DNA of 38,360 nucleotides from Bdellovibrionales bacterium. Its GTDB lineage: Bacteria > Bdellovibrionota > Bdellovibrionia > Bdellovibrionales > JAMPXM01. The DNA is taken from assembly GCA_031416685.1 (NCBI GenBank), contig JANOUF010000444.1, forward strand, positions 1-38,360, given 5' to 3'. The translations under genes and the position numbers were made by a program. Shown piece after piece: positions 8,491-15,733 of the stretch (position 1 is its first letter; each line of letters starts with the position of its first letter). Below the pieces are notes generated by a model. It was not told the DNA's origin. It searched no databases and saw only the letters and a list, made by a program, of their open reading frames with translations.

Positions 8491-10389
8491 ATGTCGCTAA
8501 GAAGGATTCTAAGCGAACGACAATTCGGCTCCCTCTTTTGGACGCAACTTCTAACTTCGTTGAACGATAACTTTTTAAAAAACGCGCTCGCGATTCTTAT
8601 TACGTACAAGGGCGTTGTTATTGGGTTTGTTGAGACGAAATGGCTTGTCGCACTTTTAGGTGGCTTGTACTTACTTCCGTTTCTACTTTTCTCGTCGCTC
8701 GCAGGACAACTTGGCGACAAATTTGAAAAAACTCGAATCATTCGAATCGCCAAATTGGCCGAGATGGTGATCGTTCTCGTTGGCGTCGCCGGATTTTTCA
8801 CCGAAAACTATCTGCTCCTTTTGCTTATCGTCTTTCTGCTTGGTACTCATTCCGCTTTTTTTAGTCCGGTTAAGTACAGCATTCTTCCTCAGTTGGTTCA
8901 GTCAAAGCAGCTTGTCGAAGCAAACGCCCATGTTCAGCTCGGAACATTCGGTGCAATTCTGATCGGTTGGATTTTGGCTGGCGTTGCGATTGCGGCAACC
9001 AATTTTGAATTCGCAGTTTCAATCGTCATGTTTCTTATAGCGCAAGCGGGAATTGTGACGGCGAATAGGTTAAGCCCGGTTAAAGTAGGCGCACCTCATT
9101 TAACTATTCGTTACCATCTTTTTCCGGCTTTGATTCGTACATGGCGACTGTCGAGAGAGAATCGTGTCGTCTTCAATTCGATACTCGGCATTTCGTGGTT
9201 TTGGTTTTTCGCGGCCGGGGTGGTTTCCATTCTTCCTGTTTATTGTCGAGATTATCTAGGAAGTAACGAACAAGTGGTCACTTTGTTCCTTGCCGTTTTC
9301 ACTTTAGGTATCGGTCTCGGCGCAATGCTTTGTTCAAAACTATCGTTCGGCAAAGTTGAACTCGGTCTGGTGCCGATCGGCTCGTTGGGGATGACAATAT
9401 TTTTGCTTGATGTCTTTTTTATTCAAGCACCGTGGGTCAATCTTTCGAGTATCAACGGTGCTGTGTTGGTATCAGTTCCCCAATTTTTCAAGCATGTCAT
9501 CGGCTATCGGCTAGTCGTTGATTTTTTCTTCATGGCAATTTTTGGCGGCATTTTTATCACGCCATTGTATTCGCTCATTCAAAAGCGGACTCGCGACTCC
9601 GTTCGATCCAGAGTCATTGCGGGAAATAACATGATGAATTCGGTCGCCATGATTTTATCAAGCTTACTAATGATCGGCTTCTATTGGCTTGATCTGACAC
9701 TTCCGGAAATCTTCCTTATTCTTGCGATTGTGAACTTAGTCGTTTCTGCCTACATCTACTCGTGGATTCCTGAATTTACGTTGCGGCTTTGGAGTTGGGC
9801 GCTCGTGCATCTCTTGTATCGTTTGCACGTGAAAGGTTACGAGAATATCCCTGAACGCGGACCGGTCGTGCTTGCGTGTAATCACGTAAGCTTCGTCGAT
9901 TGGCTGGTCATCATGGGTGCGATGGGCAGGCCAACGAGATTCATTATTTATTATAAGTACTATGATGTTCCCGTCGGAAAACACCTCATGCGCCAAGCAA
10001 AAGTGATTCGGATTGCAGCTCGCAGCGAGGATCCAACTTTGCTGGATGATGCTTACGAGGTCGTTTCAAAAGCTCTGCAACAAAACGAAGTTGTGTGTTT
10101 GTTTCCAGAGGGACAAGTATCCTATGACGGAAACCTCCAACCGTTTAAGCCAGGCATCGCAAAAATTTTGTCTCGTGATCCGTCTCCTGTTGTACCGATG
10201 GCGTTGAACGGTTTGTACTTAAGCATGTTTAGTCGCCGCGGTGGAAAAGCGATTTTTAAATTACCGCGAAGACTTTGGAAACCGATTTATCTCAATATCG
10301 GAAAACCGATTCCGCCAGAAGAATTTTCGCTTGAGGTTCTACGCGCTCGAATCGAAGAACTTGTCGATCCGACTCATGATCGTGATTAA
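8491..10389 (+). CDS. Fusion protein: LplT-like MFS lysophospholipid transporter plus C-terminal PlsC-type acyltransferase
   Basis: 632 aa ORF with AAGGAG upstream and a 13 nt gap from yfbR. The N-terminal ~420 aa is a multi-TM region resembling LplT (LAGQLGDKF, SPVKYSILPQLV). The C-terminal part carries acyltransferase motifs NHVSFVDW (HX4D) and FPEG. Confidence 0.8.
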   Translation: MSLRRILSERQFGSLFWTQLLTSLNDNFLKNALAILITYKGVVIGFVETKWLVALLGGLYLLPFLLFSSLAGQLGDKFEKTRIIRIAKLAEMVIVLVGVAGFFTENYLLLLLIVFLLGTHSAFFSPVKYSILPQLVQSKQLVEANAHVQLGTFGAILIGWILAGVAIAATNFEFAVSIVMFLIAQAGIVTANRLSPVKVGAPHLTIRYHLFPALIRTWRLSRENRVVFNSILGISWFWFFAAGVVSILPVYCRDYLGSNEQVVTLFLAVFTLGIGLGAMLCSKLSFGKVELGLVPIGSLGMTIFLLDVFFIQAPWVNLSSINGAVLVSVPQFFKHVIGYRLVVDFFFMAIFGGIFITPLYSLIQKRTRDSVRSRVIAGNNMMNSVAMILSSLLMIGFYWLDLTLPEIFLILAIVNLVVSAYIYSWIPEFTLRLWSWALVHLLYRLHVKGYENIPERGPVVLACNHVSFVDWLVIMGAMGRPTRFIIYYKYYDVPVGKHLMRQAKVIRIAARSEDPTLLDDAYEVVSKALQQNEVVCLFPEGQVSYDGNLQPFKPGIAKILSRDPSPVVPMALNGLYLSMFSRRGGKAIFKLPRRLWKPIYLNIGKPIPPEEFSLEVLRARIEELVDPTHDRD

Positions 10390-10466
10390 TGTGCGAGTGT
10401 GAGACAAGCACTCATGGCACTCAACTTTCCTCGAGGAACTGCCGAGACTAAAGTACGAGGAGGGCC

Positions 10467-10805
10467 ATGATGCCAGCAAAGAAAAAGCCCATTAAGAAGT
10501 CCATTAAAACGAAGGCCATAAAAAAGCCCATGAAAATGGTCATGAAGGTGGCCAAAAAAATGACCAGTGCAAAAGCAAAATCTCAAACTGAGAAGAACAA
10601 GCGAGCGCCGAAACCGATGGCGGCGAAGAAGCCTCATGCTTCAGGCGGGAACATCTTCTGGAAGGTTCTCGAAATGCGAAAGCAGGAGCGCGAAACGCGC
10701 AAATTGGGTCCAGCGCAATACGACAGTAAGGACCCTCGTCACGTCCATAACGACAAGCATTCGCGTTTTGCTCGTTTCGCAGGACCTCGGCGACGCGCGG
10801 CCTAA
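10467..10805 (+). CDS. Small lysine-rich basic protein (histone H1-like N-terminus)
   Basis: 112 aa ORF with AGGAGG 4-7 nt upstream of an ATGATG start. The sequence begins MMPAKKKPIKKSIKTKAIKKPMKMVMKVAKKMTSAKAKSQ and ends GPRRRAA. A strong terminator follows. Confidence 0.7.
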   Translation: MMPAKKKPIKKSIKTKAIKKPMKMVMKVAKKMTSAKAKSQTEKNKRAPKPMAAKKPHASGGNIFWKVLEMRKQERETRKLGPAQYDSKDPRHVHNDKHSRFARFAGPRRRAA

Positions 10806-10830
10806 ACTGAGATTGTTCAACTACGATTAA

Positions 10831-10866
10831 AAAGCCGGGTCTGCCAAGACTCGGCTTTGTTGTTTG
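10831..10866 (+). terminator. Rho-independent terminator
   Basis: aaagccgggtc / tgccaa / gactcggcttt forms an 11 bp stem with one G-U pair. It is followed by gttgtttg. Confidence 0.8.
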
Positions 10867-10918
10867 TAAAACAAAGTGATAGCATAATGCTTACTTAAGA
10901 TAACTTCAGGAGTTCATT

Positions 10919-11524
10919 GTGGGTCTCAATACGAAGCACATCGGAATCGCAATACTTGCCCTCGTCGTCGTCGGAATCGCGACGCTACTTCTAATGAAGA
11001 AAAAGCCGGGCCAAGTTGCTCAAGGTCCAAAGGACGAATGCGCAATTGAAACAAGCCAAGCGCGTATGCCTGACGGATACATGCGCGGCCGCATCGAGCA
11101 AGAGCAGCCGATCGATGTTCAGAAAAACTATTACGCTTGCAATCCACTTGAGCGCGGACATTTCGTGATGTTCCACATTTCGACTGAGCTTCCGCCGGTA
11201 ATCAAAGAAGTGGCAGGAATTGAAGGCGACACGTTTTCGCTTGAGCGCGATAAAGACAACGACGGCTGGAGAGTTTCGATCAATGGAAAACCTTTGATCG
11301 CTTCGACTGGAAAGCCTTACTACTTGGGTAACTCAAAACGTGAACCGGTTTTGTTCGCACACCAAAAAGAAACCAACGGCAAAATTACCGAGGGGAAAGT
11401 GTTGATCCTTTCACACGTTCCACGCGGAAACTCAGACAGTGGAACGTTTGGTTTGGTTGATAAGAAGAACATCGTGGCACGTGTCGTTCCACAGGCTCAA
11501 AACACCACCGCAAACACTCAGTAA
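10919..11524 (+). CDS. Membrane-anchored S26 (signal peptidase I / TraF)-like protein, apparently lacking the catalytic Ser
   Basis: 201 aa ORF with a GTG start and CAGGAG upstream. It has one N-terminal TM segment. Boxes resemble S26 peptidases: ARMPDG (where SMxPT is expected), RGHFVMF (GDxVxF), IKEVAGIEGDTF (KRVxGxPGD), RGNSDSGTFGLV (GDNxxxSxDSRxxG). Confidence 0.45.
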   Translation: MGLNTKHIGIAILALVVVGIATLLLMKKKPGQVAQGPKDECAIETSQARMPDGYMRGRIEQEQPIDVQKNYYACNPLERGHFVMFHISTELPPVIKEVAGIEGDTFSLERDKDNDGWRVSINGKPLIASTGKPYYLGNSKREPVLFAHQKETNGKITEGKVLILSHVPRGNSDSGTFGLVDKKNIVARVVPQAQNTTANTQ

Positions 11525-11537
11525 TATTTAGTATCCC

Positions 11538-11561
11538 AGGACTAGCCCTTCGGGCAGTCCT
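11538..11561 (+). terminator. Hairpin downstream of 10919..11524
   Basis: aggactagccc ttc gggc-agtcct is a stem with a 1-nt bulge. There is no clear T-tract. Confidence 0.35.
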
Positions 11562-11595
11562 TGCATGCGCTTCTCATCTCTGAAACAATCGTGAT

Positions 11596-12282
11596 GTGTT
11601 CATTGGACATTACGCCATAGCATTTGCATCTAAGAAATATGTTCCAAGAGTGTCGCTGGGAGTTCTATTCGCAGCGGCCGTCCTCATTGATTTGTTGTGG
11701 CCAATTCTTTTGTTGCTCGGAATAGAGCACGCGGAAATCGATCCAGGGAATACCGCTACAACTCCAATCGCGTTTACCGATTATCCATTTAGTCACAGTT
11801 TGTTGATGGTTGCGATTTGGTCGCTCGTAGTCGGTTTTTTATACTTGAAGCTCACGAAGGATCACAAAGGCGCGCGTTGGGTAGGGGCACTTGTCCTAAG
11901 TCATTGGTTTTTAGATTTGCTTACGCATCAACCTGACTTGCCACTGTATCCGGGGGGACCAGAGTTGGGAATGGGGCTTTGGAATCTAAAGTGGCTTACG
12001 CTCCTAATTGAGCTTTCAATTTTTGTCGTTGGGTTTTCAATGTACAAACGCGTGACACACGCAAAAATTCCATTTGGCCGCTTCGGCATGTGGTTTTTAT
12101 TTTTTCTGCTTGCCGTTCTTCATTTGGTAAATCTGTTTGCGCCGCCACCACCAAATATCCACGCTGTCGCTGTCGCAGGAAATCTGCAATGGCTCTTCGT
12201 GATCTTCGCATTCTTCGTCGACAAACACCGCCGCCTAGCAACCTCAAAAATGGCGGCCGGCTCCATCGCCGCCGCCACCTAA
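11596..12282 (+). CDS. Polytopic inner-membrane protein, family not recognised
   Basis: 228 aa ORF with a GTG start. It has about 6-7 hydrophobic segments (MFIGHYAIAFASKKYVPRVSLGVLFAAAVLIDLLWPILLLLGIEH...). I see no clear ribosome-binding site. Confidence 0.6.
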   Translation: MFIGHYAIAFASKKYVPRVSLGVLFAAAVLIDLLWPILLLLGIEHAEIDPGNTATTPIAFTDYPFSHSLLMVAIWSLVVGFLYLKLTKDHKGARWVGALVLSHWFLDLLTHQPDLPLYPGGPELGMGLWNLKWLTLLIELSIFVVGFSMYKRVTHAKIPFGRFGMWFLFFLLAVLHLVNLFAPPPPNIHAVAVAGNLQWLFVIFAFFVDKHRRLATSKMAAGSIAAAT

Positions 12283-12316
12283 CCAAAGTGGGCGGCGCAC
12301 CGGTTGGCCGGGTTGG

Positions 12317-12877
12317 CTATTGCTTCTTGTTGGCTTTTTCGGCGCGTTTGGCTTCGCGGCGATCGATTTTCTGTTGGCGTTTCGCGTCTTTTGCAGCCAT
12401 GCGGGCTTCGCGTTTGGCGCGGTTATCGGCGCGCGCATCGACTCGGCCTTCTTTGATGTTCTTATGCAATGACGAAACCGATTGGCCGATCTCACTCGGA
12501 TGAACCCCGAGATCTTTTGCGATTTTTCCCCAGCCCATTTTTTGTTCGGTACGCATCAATGCAACTTCTTGCACAGTTTTACCTGATGCTTTTGCTAACC
12601 CAGCGGTAATTGCGAGGCCCGGTCCTTTAATTCCCGCGTCTGTCATCTGTTTCATTTGCTCGTCAGTAAGCGAATACTTTGTTTGCACCGAAGAGTTCCA
12701 TTCGGGCCGATCCTGCGTCACGTTTGCGGCAGTCTCTTCATTCGTCAAAGTATCTTCGGTTGAATCCGTCGTACTAGTTGTCGTAGTCGCCGGTGGAGCG
12801 GTTTCCGCACTCGCGATGTTGGTTGTTATCGTTGGCGCCGCGATCGCTGCCGCCAAAAAAAGTAATCTATATTTCAT
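12317..12877 (-). CDS. Exported protein with a Thr-rich linker and a Lys/Arg-rich C-terminal tail
   Basis: 186 aa ORF with AGGAGG 5 nt upstream. Signal peptide MKYRLLFLAAAIAAPTITTNIASA. Thr-rich stretch PPATTTTSTTDSTEDT. Tail RADNRAKREARMAAKDAKRQQKIDRREAKRAEKANKKQ. It lies 14 nt downstream of the outer-membrane protein gene. Confidence 0.7.
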   Translation of the reverse strand: MKYRLLFLAAAIAAPTITTNIASAETAPPATTTTSTTDSTEDTLTNEETAANVTQDRPEWNSSVQTKYSLTDEQMKQMTDAGIKGPGLAITAGLAKASGKTVQEVALMRTEQKMGWGKIAKDLGVHPSEIGQSVSSLHKNIKEGRVDARADNRAKREARMAAKDAKRQQKIDRREAKRAEKANKKQ

Positions 12878-12891
12878 AAACGTCCTCCTGA

Positions 12892-13827
12892 TTAAAAAAC
12901 AATTTGTGCAGATACTAAAAATCCAAGTTCAGAGTAATCGGCTGTTTCGCTCTTTGAGTCATTAGAGCTCGCGTTGATGCCTGCCTTCAGTTCGGTACTT
13001 CCTCTTATTCTAGCAATCGAATATCCAAGTTGCGTAAATGTCTGCGACTCTTGACTATCGCCGCCCACAGAACGTATTCGTCCACGTCTATCAGCAACGA
13101 CGGTTTGATCTGAGACTGTTCGATTTGGATACGTCGAAAACCTTGTCATAAAACTCAGCTCACCCTTGAGGTCAGAGTGATAAAAGTGACCCCAGTCCGT
13201 TCCTAATTCAAAATATGTTCGAGTGTAAATGTCTTGGTTTGATCTTACAAAACCAAGCTCAATGAATGGCTCAAGTGTTTGACCGTTCGCAATTGCCCAA
13301 TCGACTAAAGCGCCGAATGAAAGCGTGTGATCAACGCGCCCATCAAAGCCGGGATAACTTTTAAGTTCATAACGTGGCTCAAGAGAAAGATCAGCACCTT
13401 CAACTTCTAATGCTTTCGTCAAACCTGTTTCCAGAAAAACATTGTCGAACGATTCCTCAGTCGTACCCGGAGCTTCCTTGGTATAATTTTGTCCACCTAC
13501 ACCGACATCTAAATCCCAATTGCGATCAGAAGCGATGGTCACGGGGAAATAGGTTTGGAAATGGTAGTTGAAGACATTTTGATGTGTTTCTTCCAGAAAA
13601 CCGCGAAACGATAATGACGCCGCGTACGTCATCGGATCAGCGAGGTAGGTGCCGCTCCCTCGAACGAGATAGAAGAAATCCGAATCTTTACTAGTCTCTT
13701 CAAAGTTGGCGTTGTTTGTAAATCCAAGTCCCGCAAGTGCGCGAGTGGTTAAGTCTGCTTTCGCTTGAAGTGGTGAAAAGACAAAAAATAATGCGATAAA
13801 GAGGAGCGAAACCGTTTTCATAGTCAA
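12892..13827 (-). CDS. Outer-membrane beta-barrel protein (family unknown)
   Basis: 311 aa ORF. Signal peptide ending LQAKA. Alternating hydrophobic pattern with aromatic-rich strands. The C-terminal sequence is ...VSAQIVF, with the terminal Phe typical of BAM substrates. Confidence 0.7.
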   Translation of the reverse strand: MTMKTVSLLFIALFFVFSPLQAKADLTTRALAGLGFTNNANFEETSKDSDFFYLVRGSGTYLADPMTYAASLSFRGFLEETHQNVFNYHFQTYFPVTIASDRNWDLDVGVGGQNYTKEAPGTTEESFDNVFLETGLTKALEVEGADLSLEPRYELKSYPGFDGRVDHTLSFGALVDWAIANGQTLEPFIELGFVRSNQDIYTRTYFELGTDWGHFYHSDLKGELSFMTRFSTYPNRTVSDQTVVADRRGRIRSVGGDSQESQTFTQLGYSIARIRGSTELKAGINASSNDSKSETADYSELGFLVSAQIVF

Positions 13828-13973
13828 TCATCCTACCCAAATGACTACGACTGCGAAAGGCGAGATTTTCATTGGGACATCCGGTGCCCACCAACGTCTG
13901 TTTGACAGTTTAAGCCTTTAAAATCGCTGCTGAATCGTTATAGCCAGGCACCCTGATTGAACTACTTGTCTGT

Positions 13974-14705
13974 ATGGGCAAACTCGTCGGCCTTCTCTTC
14001 ATTATCTCCTTTCTTTTTGCGCCTATGGCTGTGCGTGCGGACGCTGCTTGTTTCGATCAATTTGAGCTTGAGGGTGATCGTCTAGTCAGAGAATATTCCG
14101 ATGCGTTTGAGACTTACATTTCCTCGCGGATTTCAACGTTGAGCCACGCCGAACAAATCGAAGTTCGGGGAATTCTACATCGAGTTCGTTTCCAGAGGAA
14201 TTTTAAAACTGCGGCCTACGATCAGCTGGGTCGATCGATAGTTCTTAATTCGAAGGTAACCAAAGACATGCTCGCACACTACGACTTGCTCGCGCACGAA
14301 ATCGAACATGGAATTCAAGTCCTGGGAAAAAATCGAGTTGGAATTATTCTTGGTCACGTCAATCGCATTTTAATGCCCGGCCCTGCAGTTTCTTTGCACA
14401 TAGTGAAAACAGAACGAGAGGCCATTGGTGCCGAGTGGGATTTTCTGAATTCGCTTCCTAAATTCGTTCGTGATCGCGGACTGAGCGAACTTCGAAAGAA
14501 AAAGCTGCACCCGACCTTGCTACTGCTTTTGGAAGAGGGACTCGCAAAAGCAGACCTTCCGCGCGCGCAATACATTGACGAATGCGCGCGAACAGCCAAA
14601 TACACGATGCAGTATCAAGTTTTTGCAGAATACGGCGTTAAAATCGCAGCGTACTCAGTTCTTGCTTTGACTGGATACCAGTGGACCATGGACAACGAAG
14701 AGTAA
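13974..14705 (+). CDS. Exported HExxH protein (putative zinc metallopeptidase)
   Basis: 243 aa ORF. Signal peptide MGKLVGLLFIISFLFAPMAVRADA. HExxH motif in LLAHEIEHGIQ. Hydrophobic C-terminal segment VKIAAYSVLALTGYQW. Confidence 0.45.
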   Translation: MGKLVGLLFIISFLFAPMAVRADAACFDQFELEGDRLVREYSDAFETYISSRISTLSHAEQIEVRGILHRVRFQRNFKTAAYDQLGRSIVLNSKVTKDMLAHYDLLAHEIEHGIQVLGKNRVGIILGHVNRILMPGPAVSLHIVKTEREAIGAEWDFLNSLPKFVRDRGLSELRKKKLHPTLLLLLEEGLAKADLPRAQYIDECARTAKYTMQYQVFAEYGVKIAAYSVLALTGYQWTMDNEE

Positions 14706-14731
14706 CCAATTTATTTAAGCGAAATAATCAA

Positions 14732-15733
14732 ATGCTTCGTATCGCCCTAATTCATGATTCTACTTTACCGGCAAAAAATTATGGCGGTATTGAGCGCGTC
14801 GTTCTGTCTCTTGCCCGCGAGTATTCAAAACTTGGCCATGACGTTGTGATTGTGTGCCGCGATGGAAGTCCGCTTTCCGATTTTGAAACGATACTTTTAC
14901 CTCGTGATTTTTCCATGCGCGATGTTCAAAACGCACTCCCTCTGCAAACCTTCCAGCATTGGCACCAACCCATTCGGCAAGCACCGAGCGCTCCGTATTT
15001 GGTGACCATTCATGGAAACGGGCAGCCCGGTGAAACGTATCTCCCCAACACAAATTTTTTAAGTAAGAGCCACGCCCGCGATCATAGTGGAAAGTATTTT
15101 GTTTATAACGGAGTGGACGTAACCGATTTTCCGTACCGAAAAGAAAAAGAAGACTATTTTGTTTTTCTCGCTCGAGCGAAGTGGCGCGTGAAGAATCTAA
15201 AAACGGCAATCGCCCTTGCGCGTGATCTCAATACTCGCTTGGAAGTTATTGGTGGAGAGGGAATTTCCTCACGCTTAGTTCGCTACCATGGCTCACTGAG
15301 CGAAAGCCAAGGGAAGCTTGAGATCGTCTCAAAAGCCAAAGCGCTACTTTACCCTACGAACTGGCAAGAGCCATTCGGCTTAGCTTTGCTGGAAGCCTGG
15401 TCTTGCGGTACTCCCGTTATTAGCTCGGTCAATGGGGCGATGGACGAGTTGGTAACTCCTGAAGTTGGATTCAAATGCAAAAGCTACGAGGAGTTTTTAA
15501 CGGCTGGTAGACGTATTCAGTCCATTGATGCACATGCTTGTCGCCGGCATGTTGAAGCAAACTATACCTCCGCACGTATGGCGCAAGCCTATGTGAAGTT
15601 GATTGAGCAGATCCTACAAGAAGGATCGCTTCAGCAACATCCACACTACGCTTTCGAGAAAAGCCGCACTGAGCTTCTCTACAAGCCGACATTAATAAAT
15701 CGAGTAAGACTACAGTTGACTGGAAAAGTCTGA
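14732..15733 (+). CDS. Glycosyltransferase family 4 (GT-B fold)
   Basis: The N-terminus MLRIALIHDSTLPAKNYGGIERVV is typical. The EX7E region is EPFGLALLEAWSCGTPVISS. I prefer ATG 14732 because the track start at 14681 would overlap the upstream gene. Confidence 0.85.
   Translation: MLRIALIHDSTLPAKNYGGIERVVLSLAREYSKLGHDVVIVCRDGSPLSDFETILLPRDFSMRDVQNALPLQTFQHWHQPIRQAPSAPYLVTIHGNGQPGETYLPNTNFLSKSHARDHSGKYFVYNGVDVTDFPYRKEKEDYFVFLARAKWRVKNLKTAIALARDLNTRLEVIGGEGISSRLVRYHGSLSESQGKLEIVSKAKALLYPTNWQEPFGLALLEAWSCGTPVISSVNGAMDELVTPEVGFKCKSYEEFLTAGRRIQSIDAHACRRHVEANYTSARMAQAYVKLIEQILQEGSLQQHPHYAFEKSRTELLYKPTLINRVRLQLTGKV

Noticed and set aside
10386-10830. ORFs 10386..10637 (-) and 10567..10830 (+) overlapping the lysine-rich gene
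   Set aside because: These are alternative-frame or antisense readings of the repetitive AAG/AAA-rich sequence. Only the 10467 frame has AGGAGG, an ATG and a downstream terminator.
11996-12503. Arg-rich ORFs 11996..12286 (-), 12090..12503 (+) and 12244..12495 (-)
   Set aside because: They overlap two better-supported genes (the membrane protein at 11596..12282 and the exported protein at 12317..12877). Their R/A/C-rich, low-complexity translations are typical of off-frame reading.
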